The notes under the pieces are model-generated. The model was not told the DNA's origin. It saw nothing but the letters and a program-made list of their open reading frames with translations, and ran no database searches. A program made the translations under genes and the position numbers. Below, in pieces: positions 16,493 to 26,077 of a stretch of 64,000 nt of DNA. The stretch comes from Planctomycetota bacterium (lineage in GTDB: Bacteria > Planctomycetota > UBA8742 > UBA2392): NCBI GenBank assembly GCA_016712285.1, contig JADJRK010000001.1, positions 897,098-961,097 of the forward strand. The letters run 5' to 3'. The first letter of the stretch is position 1. Each line of letters begins with the position of its first letter.

Positions 16493-17500
16493 ATGCCACT
16501 GTTCAAGATACTCGAAGAGTACAGATGTGAGTCATTGACGCTCGTTGCCGACCACGACAGCGGCTTGAACGCGCTGATTGCCATTCACAGTACGCGCCGC
16601 GGGCCCGCATTCGGCGGCATTCGCACGCTGACCTACAAGAGCCAGAGCGCCGCGGTCACTGATGCTGTGCGGCTTGCACAGGCCATGAGCTACAAGGCGG
16701 CTGTGGCAGACCTGCCCGCCGGCGGTGGCAAAGCCGTCGTGATCAGCACCCCCGACATGAAGCGCAAGCAGGCGTTTCAGGCGCTTGGCCGCGCTGTGGA
16801 ACGCTTCGGCGGCAACTACTTCACGGGCCTCGACGTGGGTACGACCCGGGACGACTTGTATGCCGTGGCCGAGAACACAAAGAACGTGGCGCGCGACCTC
16901 GACTTTGGCAAGGCGACCGCGCGCGGTGTGCTGGCGGCGATCCAAGCTGCGCTCAAGCACAGGTTCGGCAAGGGCGAGGTCAAAGACCGCAGGGTCGCGG
17001 TGCAGGGCCTGGGCGCGGTGGGGGCTGAGCTGGTCACCATGCTGCACGCCGCGGGCGCCGAGGTGTTCATCGCGGACACCGATGCCAAGCTGGCCCACGA
17101 AGTGGGCGAGCGCATGGAGTGCGAGGTGCTGAGCCCGTCGCGTGTGCTGTCGGCCGACGTCGATGTGCTGTGCCCCTGCGCGCTGGGCAGCATCTTTACA
17201 GTCCAGAATGCCGAGAGCCTGCGCTGCACGATCATTGCCGGCAGCGCCAACAACCAGCTTGCCACGCCAGCTGCGGGTGCGGCCCTGTTGAAGGCCGACG
17301 TGACGTGGGTGCCCGACTTCGTGGCCAACGCCGGGGCGCTGATCAAGGGCGTGCGCGAGCATGAGAAGGGCAAAGAGGTCGGCTTTGACGTGGTGGACCA
17401 GATATACGACACCACGCTGCAACTGCTGCAGCGCGCCAAGAAAGAGCATAGGCCGACCAACGCGGTCGCTGAAGCCATCGCACAGGAGCGCCTGGCGTGA
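16493..17500 (+). CDS. Glu/Leu/Phe/Val dehydrogenase-family enzyme, leucine-dehydrogenase-like
   Basis: Start at ATG 16493 (MPLFKILEEY; GAGGTG upstream). ...AIHSTRRGPAFGGIRTLTYKS... catalytic region and VAVQGLGAVGAELV Rossmann motif. Confidence 0.8.
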   Translation: MPLFKILEEYRCESLTLVADHDSGLNALIAIHSTRRGPAFGGIRTLTYKSQSAAVTDAVRLAQAMSYKAAVADLPAGGGKAVVISTPDMKRKQAFQALGRAVERFGGNYFTGLDVGTTRDDLYAVAENTKNVARDLDFGKATARGVLAAIQAALKHRFGKGEVKDRRVAVQGLGAVGAELVTMLHAAGAEVFIADTDAKLAHEVGERMECEVLSPSRVLSADVDVLCPCALGSIFTVQNAESLRCTIIAGSANNQLATPAAGAALLKADVTWVPDFVANAGALIKGVREHEKGKEVGFDVVDQIYDTTLQLLQRAKKEHRPTNAVAEAIAQERLA

Positions 17501-18444
17501 CGCCGCTTGGAAGGCTCGCGCCAACGCCATCAGGCCTTCTGCACCTGGGCAACGCCCGCAGCTTTCTGCTGGCATGGCTGTGGGCGCGGGGCAACGTGCT
17601 GTTGCGCATCGAAGACATCGACAAGCCGCGCTGCAAACCCGAGTTCACCAATGCAGCCATCGAAGACCTGAACTGGCTCGCGCTTGTGAAGACGGGCGTG
17701 ACTCCCGAGAGCTCACAAAGCACCCGCACCGACCTATACCGAAAGCACTTGAAGTTACTGGCACAACAGGGCCGAGCATACCCATGCTCATGCACGCGCC
17801 GCGACATAGAGGAAGCAAGCAGTGCGCCACACGGCGACGAGGGCCCGATTTACCCCGGTACCTGCCGCGGCAAATGGCGCGACGCTGCGCACGCCAAGGC
17901 GGAGACCGGGCGCGAGCCGGCTTGGCGGTTTCTGTGGGAGGAACCGCCGGTTGCATTTCACGACGAGGTTGCAGGCGACGTTACGGTTGACCCGTCAACA
18001 CTCGGCGATTTCGTGTTGTGGCGCCGCGACGATTTGCCGAGCTATCAGCTTGCCGTCGCCCTGGACGATGCATTGCAGGGGGTCACGCAGGTGCTGCGCG
18101 GGCGCGACCTGTTGCTCAGTACCGCGCGGCAGATGGCGATCCAGCGTGCGCTGGGGCTGCCGTCGCCTGCGGCATGGGCGCACGTCCCGTTCATCCAGGA
18201 AGCCACGGGCCGGCGCATGGCCAAGCGCGACGGCGACCTGTCGCTCAAGGCCCTGCGCGAGCAGGGTGTAGACGCGCGGCGCGTGACCGGCGTTCTGGCC
18301 TGGTCCGCCGGGTTGATCGGCAAACCAGAATCGGCAACCGTCAATGAACTGGTGGGGGAGTTCAACCTGCGAAAGTTGAGCCGTGAAGACTTTGTGCTGC
18401 GCGACAATCACCTGGGCTGGCTGCTTCACGGCAGCGCCATGTGA
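17497..18444 (+). CDS. gluQ: Glutamyl-Q tRNA(Asp) synthetase (truncated GluRS paralog)
   Basis: HLGN motif (GLLHLGNARSF) and a class I catalytic domain without an anticodon-binding domain (315 aa). GTG start overlapping the upstream stop (GTGA), AGGAG RBS. Confidence 0.85.
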   Translation: MTPLGRLAPTPSGLLHLGNARSFLLAWLWARGNVLLRIEDIDKPRCKPEFTNAAIEDLNWLALVKTGVTPESSQSTRTDLYRKHLKLLAQQGRAYPCSCTRRDIEEASSAPHGDEGPIYPGTCRGKWRDAAHAKAETGREPAWRFLWEEPPVAFHDEVAGDVTVDPSTLGDFVLWRRDDLPSYQLAVALDDALQGVTQVLRGRDLLLSTARQMAIQRALGLPSPAAWAHVPFIQEATGRRMAKRDGDLSLKALREQGVDARRVTGVLAWSAGLIGKPESATVNELVGEFNLRKLSREDFVLRDNHLGWLLHGSAM

Positions 18445-18464
18445 CGGCCCTCGGCAAATGAAAA

Positions 18465-18487
18465 CCGGGGCGGCAAAGCCGCCCCGG
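18465..18487. terminator. Bidirectional hairpin terminator between the convergent gluQ and the coiled-coil gene
   Basis: ccggggcggc-aaa-gccgccccgg, a perfect 10 bp stem. Confidence 0.6.
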
Positions 18488-18503
18488 AGTGTTGCACGCG
18501 TGA

Positions 18504-19367
18504 CTAGTTCCAGTAGCTGGCGCTTCCGCCGGTGGGCTTGCTGGTGTCTTCCGAGAAGTAGCCGTCGTCCTTTGGCTTGTCAGACTCGGCGACTTCCTGC
18601 TCGGCCATGAACTCTTTCTTCTTGTCGCGGAACTTGCGCACCGCAGCACCGAAGCGGTTGCTGTCGTCTTCGCCGTTGATCGAGGCGTTGATGGCGGCAA
18701 TGTCCTCTTCGATCTTCAGAAGTTCAAGCTCGGTCTTCATGTCCTCAATGAACTCTTCCATCTCTTCGATCTTCTTCGACAGGCGCTCTACCGCGTTGTC
18801 CAGCTTGCCGACGTACTGCTTCTTTGCGTCGATGATGCGCTGCTGGCGTTCTTTCTTGCGGTTGATCTTGTCAACTTCGGCCGCCATCTTGTCCGTCTCT
18901 TCACGGGCGCGGGCTTCGGTCCACTTAATCGACTTGCCCGACGCGTTCGTGATCGTGTACTCGTGGCTGGCCGGTACCTTGCCGGTGCTGTCGTCCACAG
19001 TGCCCGCGGCGACAAGCTGCTCACGCTCGGCCTTGACCTGCTTGACGATGTCCTTGATCGCGTCTTCGTACTTCTTGACCTGCGCGGTGTAACCCAGCAC
19101 GGTCCCTTCGTTGTCGGCGGCTGTCCAGGTCTCGCGGCCTTCGCGCTTGACGATGTCGACCTTGAGCTCTTTCTGGCTGGCCTTGTATTCCTCAAGGTTC
19201 TTCTTCAGGCCGTCGACTTCACGCTGCGCCTGTGCAGGGAAGTTCTTGAGGTCCTGTTCGTCCATCCACTCCTTGGCCTGCTCCGGTACGTCGGTCCAGC
19301 GATAAATCGCGTAGCCGCCCGCGCCGAGCACCACAACTGCGATAAGTCCGATGACTGCCCATTTCAT
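18504..19367 (-). CDS. Membrane-anchored Lys/Glu-rich coiled-coil protein, hypothetical
   Basis: N-terminal TM (WAVIGLIAVVVLGAGGYAIY), then long charged helices. No domain assigned. Confidence 0.5.
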   Translation of the reverse strand: MKWAVIGLIAVVVLGAGGYAIYRWTDVPEQAKEWMDEQDLKNFPAQAQREVDGLKKNLEEYKASQKELKVDIVKREGRETWTAADNEGTVLGYTAQVKKYEDAIKDIVKQVKAEREQLVAAGTVDDSTGKVPASHEYTITNASGKSIKWTEARAREETDKMAAEVDKINRKKERQQRIIDAKKQYVGKLDNAVERLSKKIEEMEEFIEDMKTELELLKIEEDIAAINASINGEDDSNRFGAAVRKFRDKKKEFMAEQEVAESDKPKDDGYFSEDTSKPTGGSASYWN

Positions 19368-19521
19368 GCGATTCTCCTTCCCTCCAGGGGGTTGAGGGTC
19401 CTGGGTTACCCTGATTGCGGATCTTGGTTCGGGAGTTTCATCCCACGGTGTGACAGTAACCCGTCTCCGGTAAGGGCGGCCATTATAAAGACGCCGAGTG
19501 TTTTGAATACGCTAAAGCGAG

Positions 19522-20394
19522 TTACTTGCGGCGCATCCAGTTCACGCATTCCTGAAGCTGCCGCGCCATCTCGGGGGCGCTGGCCCGAAACTTCCAGCCG
19601 TGGCCCGGCAGTACCCACTCAAACCTCAGCGGCAGCAGGCGTTCCATCGACTTGATCTGCTCGTCCCACGAGTACCAGCACGCGGAGCGGAAGGCATACA
19701 GGTTGTTCAAGCGCTTCGACCAGGCCAGGTGATCGCCCGTGAAGAGAAACTTGTCGCGGTAGTGCAGCACCGTGCTGCCGCGCGTGTGGCCTGGTACCGG
19801 GATCACGGTCAAACCGGGCGCAAGCTCATGCGGCGCGCTGCCCTTGAGCTTGACCTCGGCGTCAAGGCCGCGCCCGTCGTCGGCGTGAATGATCCGCTCG
19901 GCGCCGAATCTGGCGGCCCACTTGGCGTGGTCGGCAACATCATCCCGGTGTGTAAGGTAAAGCCAGCGAATGCCACCCATGTCGGCGATGCGCTTGACCA
20001 GCGGCGCGGCAAAGCGCGGCGAGTCAACCATCACGTTTCCGCCCTCGCGCTGGATGAACCAGCTGGCTGCGCCAAAGCTGCTTTCCGCGTGGTAGCCGCA
20101 GTAGAAAACGTCGTCCTCGACCGGCAAAGGAAACGAAGTACTGACTTCGCGCAAGGCTGCCCGTGTGTCAGCGTCGGTCACGCCGATGCTGGCTGTAGGA
20201 CACGAAACCAGCGCCTGCATAGCCGCAAGACGCTGCGCGCTGCCGGCGGGTTGTGCGCGAACCGCCGACTGGTCGCCAATGTCGTGGAACGTTTCGGGCG
20301 CCAGCCAGCGGCATGTGTCGCAGTCAATGCAGGTGGTGTCGACGAAGAAGTCGCCGGCGGCGTTGGCGGGATGGCGTGTCTTTACGTTCGCCAT
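19522..20394 (-). CDS. Ferredoxin domain (CxxCxxC...P, 3-Cys type) fused to an MBL-fold metallo-hydrolase
   Basis: N-terminal FFVDTTCIDCDTCRWLAPE; C-terminal MBL fold (YLTHRDDVADHAKW), though no intact HxHxDH motif was found. Confidence 0.7.
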   Translation of the reverse strand: MANVKTRHPANAAGDFFVDTTCIDCDTCRWLAPETFHDIGDQSAVRAQPAGSAQRLAAMQALVSCPTASIGVTDADTRAALREVSTSFPLPVEDDVFYCGYHAESSFGAASWFIQREGGNVMVDSPRFAAPLVKRIADMGGIRWLYLTHRDDVADHAKWAARFGAERIIHADDGRGLDAEVKLKGSAPHELAPGLTVIPVPGHTRGSTVLHYRDKFLFTGDHLAWSKRLNNLYAFRSACWYSWDEQIKSMERLLPLRFEWVLPGHGWKFRASAPEMARQLQECVNWMRRK

Positions 20395-20432
20395 GCCCGC
20401 AGTTTAGTAAAGCAAGTGCTTTATAAAAGGGG

Positions 20433-21074
20433 CTAACGCAGGGCCAGGAATTCATCCGCTGTTTCGGGGTCATCGCTGAAGCGCGACGCCTTGCCGATTT
20501 CGGCTGCGCGCTTCTGCACCACGAGGTCGTAAATGCCCTGCACCAGCCGCGTCGCCTCGCTGGGATAGCCCTTGTCGAGAAACACGCTGTGTAGCTCATC
20601 GCCGCAGCGCATGTAGACTTTCCAGCCGCGCGAGCCTTCACCGGCAAACTCCGGGTTCAGGCGCAGCGCGCCGCTGGCGGTCACGATGCCGCGGAGTTCG
20701 CGCAGGTCGCCGTCGTCGAGTTCGAACTCGAGCTTGCGCATGATGCTCTTGGTTTCTTCGCCGTCCTGCCAGCTTTCCTCGATGACGATGTAGCCGCTGC
20801 CGTCGGGTTGCACGTGCACGACCCGGCGCGGCTTGTAGTCGATGAACTCGATCCACTTGAGCTCTAGGGCCTCGTCGGCGTCGAGTTCAAGAATGCGGTC
20901 CATCGTGCCGCGCGGATGATACTGGCCGTCGTCGTCGGGTGTGGGCCGGTCACGCTTGACCTCGGCTTCCCACCACGCGGCGTCACGCGCGGGGGGCCCG
21001 GAGGCGCACCCCGCAAGGAAGGCGATCAGTAACAGGGCTACAACTACTTCGGCTCTGTGAGGGTGACGCGCCAT
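20433..21074 (-). CDS. Hypothetical lipoprotein, paralog of 21532..22152
   Basis: Lipobox LAGCAS. The C-terminal block GYPSEATRLVQGIYDLVVQKRAAEI matches GYPEAARNIVYGVYDIVVKPRSAEM in the paralog. Confidence 0.55.
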   Translation of the reverse strand: MARHPHRAEVVVALLLIAFLAGCASGPPARDAAWWEAEVKRDRPTPDDDGQYHPRGTMDRILELDADEALELKWIEFIDYKPRRVVHVQPDGSGYIVIEESWQDGEETKSIMRKLEFELDDGDLRELRGIVTASGALRLNPEFAGEGSRGWKVYMRCGDELHSVFLDKGYPSEATRLVQGIYDLVVQKRAAEIGKASRFSDDPETADEFLALR

Positions 21075-21475
21075 TTCCCGTCCTCCTGAATCACGTAGCG
21101 CCTGCGGCGTGGATCGACGTCGGATTTACCGTTCTTCATATAGGCTGTCTGTTTGAACTCGAAGTACCAGTAACCCTTCTCTTCCCGCCAGGCGAGTTCT
21201 TCGAACTCAAACTTCTCGAGATCGCTGACTTTCTCCTCGAAGTCATCAAAGTCCGCCTGATCAGCCTTCGCTGACAGCCGCTTGAGCGTCAAGCCATCCA
21301 GGGCGCAGAACGCCTTCATGTGGGCGTCGAGGACTTCGCGCGGCGTTTCTGGTTCTTTGGCCGTGCTGGAGTCACCGCTGCCTGCGCTTGAAGCCGAGTT
21401 GTTTGTTCCGGCGCCGCACGCGGACAGCATCAGCACCCACAGCAGAATCAGCCACTTGCGCATAGTCCTCTCCAT
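21044..21475 (-). CDS. Hypothetical small lipoprotein
   Basis: MRKWLILLWVLMLSACGAG lipobox. 143 aa. Confidence 0.5.
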   Translation of the reverse strand: MERTMRKWLILLWVLMLSACGAGTNNSASSAGSGDSSTAKEPETPREVLDAHMKAFCALDGLTLKRLSAKADQADFDDFEEKVSDLEKFEFEELAWREEKGYWYFEFKQTAYMKNGKSDVDPRRRRYVIQEDGKWRVTLTEPK

Positions 21476-21531
21476 TCGGGTGAATGCGCAGTCTGCATCG
21501 CGCAGGCCGTTCTGGCAACTCTTGCACCCGA

Positions 21532-22152
21532 TCAGCGCAGCGGTTGATTTTCGGGTGCGGTCTTCCAGTCTTTGGGCTTGAACTCGGGCGCGGTTGCCAT
21601 TTCAGCGCTGCGCGGCTTTACGACGATGTCGTACACGCCATACACGATGTTGCGCGCCGCTTCAGGGTATCCACCGTTGAACTCGACCACCTTCAAGTGG
21701 CCGTTGGCGCGCATGCCCACACTCCAGTCGTGTTCTTCTGTGCCGGTGCAGTTCTGCCGGACCTCAAGAAACCCGCTGTCGATGATCGCCTGACGGACGC
21801 GGCTGTACTCGTCTTCGCTGAGCGTGAAGTCAACCTTTCGGCTGCGGCCGCGGATGATGGCGCCGTCCTGCATCAGTTCCTGGAAGATGAAGTACCCGTT
21901 GAGGTCGGGCCGCACCTCGATGATCCAGAGTGGCGCGTGGTTCATGGTTTCGACAAGCTTGAACGTGAAGTCCGCGTCGTCGCCCAGCTGCATCGGCTCG
22001 ACTTCGCCGAAGGGAAACACCTCAGCATCGGCGTTCGAAAAGGGCGGGTTCTCTTCGACGTGAATCGCCCAGTAGTCCGGCCCACGCTTGGGCCAGCTTG
22101 CGGCACAACCAGCCACCAGAACAACCGGAAGGATCATGGCCAGGTATTTCAT
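21532..22152 (-). CDS. Hypothetical lipoprotein, paralog of 20433..21074
   Basis: Start moved to ATG 22152 (MKYLAMILPVVLVAGCAAS). ATGA overlap with the upstream ELWxxDG gene. Confidence 0.55.
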   Translation of the reverse strand: MKYLAMILPVVLVAGCAASWPKRGPDYWAIHVEENPPFSNADAEVFPFGEVEPMQLGDDADFTFKLVETMNHAPLWIIEVRPDLNGYFIFQELMQDGAIIRGRSRKVDFTLSEDEYSRVRQAIIDSGFLEVRQNCTGTEEHDWSVGMRANGHLKVVEFNGGYPEAARNIVYGVYDIVVKPRSAEMATAPEFKPKDWKTAPENQPLR

Positions 22153-23660
22153 GTTGTACTCTCTTGGCGTGTCAGCAGGCGCGCCGAACAGGCCATTGCG
22201 AGCAGGAGCAACAGCAGGATAGGGGCATCGCTGCGGCCCGAGCAGCACCCGAGTGCATCTTTCAGTTCTTCGTCGACAGACGTCTTCCCAACTTTCGCGC
22301 CCTTGGCGTTGACCGAGACTTGCCACAACTCCTGCCCGTGGTTGGTGCCCAAGATCGCGTAATCGGACGCAAACGTGTAGACGTGGCTTCCAAGCAGCGT
22401 GAACCAGAACGGGTTAGAGCCGCCGTCGGGGCTGATGTCGGCAGCCAGCCAGGTGCCTGCACTGGTGCCGTCGCTGCGCCAGACCTCTTTGGTGTGATTG
22501 TCGCCCGACGCGCCAAACCATACGATTGAGTTCACCTCAGTGACGTAGTCGGGGTGGCTGCCGCTCGCGCCGGAGTTGATGTCTTTGATCATTCCCGTGC
22601 CCGCTGGCGTGCCATCGCTGCGCCAGAGTTCAGTGCCGTGGACACCGTCCGTAGCCGCAAACCACACGTAGCCGCCCGCGAGCGCGAGTTGATGAGGCTG
22701 AGCTGCGCCAGTCGGGTTAATCAGCTTTGTCATTACCGTTCCCGCAACGGTTCCATCGGTCTGCCATAGCTGTGATCCGTTGACGCCGTCATCGCACACG
22801 AACAGAACCATTGCCCCCAACGTCGTCGTAAGCGCCGGGAAAGACGGCGCGGCACCCACTGCAATGTCCAGCAGCAGGTATGTCCCTGCCACCGTGCCGT
22901 CACTGCGCCAGAGTTCTGTTCCGGCGGTCGCATCATCTGCGGCGAACACCAGCAGCCCGCCGGCGTCGGCTAGATAAGTCGGGTTGGAGCCGGTGGCTCC
23001 CGGGTAGAGGTCGCCAAGCTGGATCGTGCCTGCGACACTGCCATCGGTGCGCCACAGCTCGCGCCCATTGCCGTCCTCAGCAGCGAAGTACATGTGGCTG
23101 CCGATCACTGTCAAGTCGTGGGGCGTCGAAGCGCCGGAGGCCCAGAGGTCCGCCACCATGACTGTGCCGGCTGTGGTGCCGTCAGTCTTCCATAGTTCGT
23201 GGCCGTTCGCGTTGTCTTCCGCGGTGAACCACAGTTCGCCATTGAAGTCAGTGAACTGGCGCACATGGCTGTCGCCGGCCGGGTTGATTTCGGCAAGTTG
23301 CGTGGTGCCGGCGGCAGTGCCGTCCGTGGACCATGGCTCCCACCCTGTGGGACCCGTCGCCCCAAAGTACACTCGCCCGTTCCAGACGAAAAACCAGTAT
23401 GGCGAGCTGTCGCCGGTCGGGTTGATGTCCTTGAGCATGTACGTGCCGGATGTCGTGCCGTCGCTGGTCCAGAGTTCGTGGCCATTCGTCGTGTCAGTGG
23501 CCCCGAAAATCATGAGACCATTCAGCACGACCGGCGGCCCGTTCGGGCTGCAGCCTATGGGCCCCGGATTGATGTCCTTTATCAATCGCAGGTCCTGGGC
23601 CCCAAGAGTTGCCGCAAGCAACGTGGCCAATGCAGTGAATGAGAACAAGTGCATCGACAC
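22149..23660 (-). CDS. Secreted ELWxxDG-repeat (beta-propeller-like) protein with an atypical C-terminal Gly/Cys - hydrophobic - basic tail
   Basis: Signal peptide; more than 10 repeats of G(T/H)ELW(R/K)(S/T)DGT(x)AGT. C-terminus LGCCSGRSDAPILLLLLLAMACSARLLTRQESTT. Confidence 0.7.
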   Translation of the reverse strand: MSMHLFSFTALATLLAATLGAQDLRLIKDINPGPIGCSPNGPPVVLNGLMIFGATDTTNGHELWTSDGTTSGTYMLKDINPTGDSSPYWFFVWNGRVYFGATGPTGWEPWSTDGTAAGTTQLAEINPAGDSHVRQFTDFNGELWFTAEDNANGHELWKTDGTTAGTVMVADLWASGASTPHDLTVIGSHMYFAAEDGNGRELWRTDGSVAGTIQLGDLYPGATGSNPTYLADAGGLLVFAADDATAGTELWRSDGTVAGTYLLLDIAVGAAPSFPALTTTLGAMVLFVCDDGVNGSQLWQTDGTVAGTVMTKLINPTGAAQPHQLALAGGYVWFAATDGVHGTELWRSDGTPAGTGMIKDINSGASGSHPDYVTEVNSIVWFGASGDNHTKEVWRSDGTSAGTWLAADISPDGGSNPFWFTLLGSHVYTFASDYAILGTNHGQELWQVSVNAKGAKVGKTSVDEELKDALGCCSGRSDAPILLLLLLAMACSARLLTRQESTT

Positions 23661-23706
23661 CCCCGGGAAGTGCGAGAGTCTACCCCATGGCGCGCGCCCA
23701 TGCGGC

Positions 23707-24264
23707 TCAAAATGAGGCCAAAAGCTCTACCCACCGGCCTTGGTCGATAGTGCGCTCCACGAGCACGCAGTTGTCGACGGGGTAAACGCCGGCTGCGGGG
23801 TCTAGTTCGTCCAACAGCGTCAGTACTCCCGCCAGTATGCGGCCGTGTGCGAAGATGATGGTGTTGTCGCCGTTTTCCAGTGAGGCAAGGCAGCGCACGG
23901 CGCGCGTGGCAGCATCGAGTACGCTTTCACCGCCGGGTGGGCGGAAGTCCCATGTGGCGAGATTGCGGTTGATCTCGGGTCCGTGATAGCGCAGGCGATA
24001 CTCGTCACCCATCAGGCGCTCACGCAGGTCGTGAACCTGTTGATGGGGATGATCGAGAAGGCGCGTTGCTCGCGTGGCCGTCTGGCGTGCGCGCAGGTAG
24101 GGCGAGACTAGCACTCGCTGGATCGGCAGTGTCGCCACGGGCTCGGCGAGAGAGTCGGCCTGCTGTTCTCCCAGCGGCGAAAGGGGTGTCTCTTGATCGT
24201 GCCCTGACCACTGATTGAGCTGGGCAAGCGACTCCCCGTGCCGCACAAACCACCAGGTTGCCAT
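23707..24264 (-). CDS. Histidine phosphatase-family protein (phosphoglycerate mutase-like)
   Basis: WWFVRHGES catalytic RHG motif near the N-terminus. 185 aa. Confidence 0.75.
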   Translation of the reverse strand: MATWWFVRHGESLAQLNQWSGHDQETPLSPLGEQQADSLAEPVATLPIQRVLVSPYLRARQTATRATRLLDHPHQQVHDLRERLMGDEYRLRYHGPEINRNLATWDFRPPGGESVLDAATRAVRCLASLENGDNTIIFAHGRILAGVLTLLDELDPAAGVYPVDNCVLVERTIDQGRWVELLASF

Positions 24265-24340
24265 GGCGGCAACTTAGCGTCGCGGCATAGCATTGCAAAC
24301 GTTGTGGCATGCAATGGTGGGCAGGAAGTAAGATGGTGCG

Positions 24341-25441
24341 ATGCGCAGTGTTGCGGCTCTTGGCCTCTTGCTGATACTGGCTGCCTGTGGCAGCGAGGGC
24401 GACGGCGGTGAAGACGACGGCGACCCCGGCCCGCACGACGGCTTGACGCCCGGCGGCGCCATCGTGCTCTCGCCGACCAACCCCAACGCCAGCCCCAAAG
24501 ATGAAGACCCTTGCATCATCCTGAACGAGTTCGGGCATTTCTACATGGCCTGGCTAAGCAACCGCGACGGCAACGATGAAATCTACGTGATGCGCAGCAC
24601 CGAGGGCGAATTCTGGAGCTCGCCCAATCGCGTGACCACCAACGCCGACGCCGACTGGTACCCCACGCTAGTGCGAGACAGCAACCGCTACCACATGCTC
24701 TGGATGCGCCAGACGGCCACAACGCGCACCGTCTGGTACAACAGCAGCCCTGACGGCATCACGTGGCTTTCCGCCAACGAGCAGCAGGTGACCACGGGCG
24801 TCAGCGATGACTTCGTGCCGTACTTCCTGGTGATCGGCGGCGTGTTCCACGTCTACTTTGACAGCGAAATGCGCAGCGGCGACGGCACGCGCGGCTTGTT
24901 TCACGTGACATCAACGGGGCGCGATTCCATCGGCGTCGCCACGGGCTGGAGCGCACCGGCGGAAATCACGGCGCTGAACCACCCGACAGAAAGCGACCAG
25001 TTTCCCTTCGTCGCGCCGCGCCCGACGGGCGGCTACCTGATGACCTTCATCCGGCATGCGGGCTCTGCCACACTTATCAACGGCTACCTTGACCCCACCA
25101 GCGACATCAACTGGGCAACTTCGCCCGATGGCGTCAACTGGACCTATGGCGGGGCGGTGATGGCCGAAGACGGCGCGACAGACACGATCCCGGCGCTGTA
25201 CACAGCCGGCAGCGAGGAAACGTTCAGCTTCATGCGCGGCATCAGCGGCCAGCCGTACATCCTTGAGTATGACTTCAGCGACTTGGCGAACTGGCCGACG
25301 GGCTGGAACAACGTGACGCTGGCCAACGGCGTAGGCGGCTGGTCGTGCCGGACAACGCCGACGCTCAAGAGCAACACGTACATTCGAGTGTGGACAGGCG
25401 GGGCCGATCTGCGCATCTACCACGAAGTGTTCACGCGCTGA
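24341..25441 (+). CDS. Lipoprotein, possible BNR/sialidase-like beta-propeller (tentative)
   Basis: Lipobox LAACGS. Recurring S-x-D-x-x-T-W-like segments (SPDGITW, SPDGVNW). Confidence 0.5.
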   Translation: MRSVAALGLLLILAACGSEGDGGEDDGDPGPHDGLTPGGAIVLSPTNPNASPKDEDPCIILNEFGHFYMAWLSNRDGNDEIYVMRSTEGEFWSSPNRVTTNADADWYPTLVRDSNRYHMLWMRQTATTRTVWYNSSPDGITWLSANEQQVTTGVSDDFVPYFLVIGGVFHVYFDSEMRSGDGTRGLFHVTSTGRDSIGVATGWSAPAEITALNHPTESDQFPFVAPRPTGGYLMTFIRHAGSATLINGYLDPTSDINWATSPDGVNWTYGGAVMAEDGATDTIPALYTAGSEETFSFMRGISGQPYILEYDFSDLANWPTGWNNVTLANGVGGWSCRTTPTLKSNTYIRVWTGGADLRIYHEVFTR

Positions 25442-25753
25442 TTACTCGTCGTCGATCTCGCCGCGAACGCCGCGGCCGGGGGATCGCTTCGCGCCGTGCC
25501 ACACCGCGACAATCTTGACACCCGAGTCCGACACGATGTATGCCCCGCGATACTTGCCGATAAGCCACTCGCGCAGGATTTCGTCGCCATGCTCAGGGAT
25601 CGCTCGCCCTGACTCAGGAAACGGCGCGACTTTCTTGATCGCGGAGAGAAACTCGCGGCCCCACTTCTCCGCGTTCGCCGGGCTTCTCGCGCCGATGAAG
25701 TCCAGAATCGCTTCGAACTGCGCGACCGCCTCCGGGCTCCAGATCAGCTTCAT
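25442..25753 (-). CDS. Type II toxin, ParE/RelE superfamily
   Basis: 103 aa, MKLIWSPEAVAQFEAILDFI...IVAVWHGAKR. It is the second gene of a two-gene operon with an ATGA overlap. Confidence 0.7.
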   Translation of the reverse strand: MKLIWSPEAVAQFEAILDFIGARSPANAEKWGREFLSAIKKVAPFPESGRAIPEHGDEILREWLIGKYRGAYIVSDSGVKIVAVWHGAKRSPGRGVRGEIDDE

Positions 25754-26067
25754 GCCGTCGCCTTCAGCTTGCGACGAGCAGCCTTCATGGCCTTGACCTT
25801 GCGACGAAAGCGCGCGACGACCTGCTCATGCGGGATGCCCTCACCCGCCGCCAGCTGCGCCTGTCCAACGGTGATTGAACGGGTGTAAGCCTGTGAGTCG
25901 GTCATTTTCTCGTACTCTTCGGCGGACATCAGTACGCCCGCGCCGCGGCCGTGCTGGGTGATGATGATCGGGCGGCCGGTGGCCTGCGTCTGCTTCAGCA
26001 GCTCAGACACGTGGGCGCGAAACGTTGAAAGGGGCACGAGGTCCTGCGTGGGTTTGATATTTGCCAT
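25750..26067 (-). CDS. Type II antitoxin, Phd/YefM family
   Basis: Start moved to ATG 26067 (MANIKPTQDLVPLSTFRAHVSELL...PIIITQHGRGAGVLMSAEEYEKM) with an AGGAGA RBS. The track's TTG-extended start at 26184 was discarded. Confidence 0.75.
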   Translation of the reverse strand: MANIKPTQDLVPLSTFRAHVSELLKQTQATGRPIIITQHGRGAGVLMSAEEYEKMTDSQAYTRSITVGQAQLAAGEGIPHEQVVARFRRKVKAMKAARRKLKATA

Positions 26068-26077
26068 GACACTCTCC

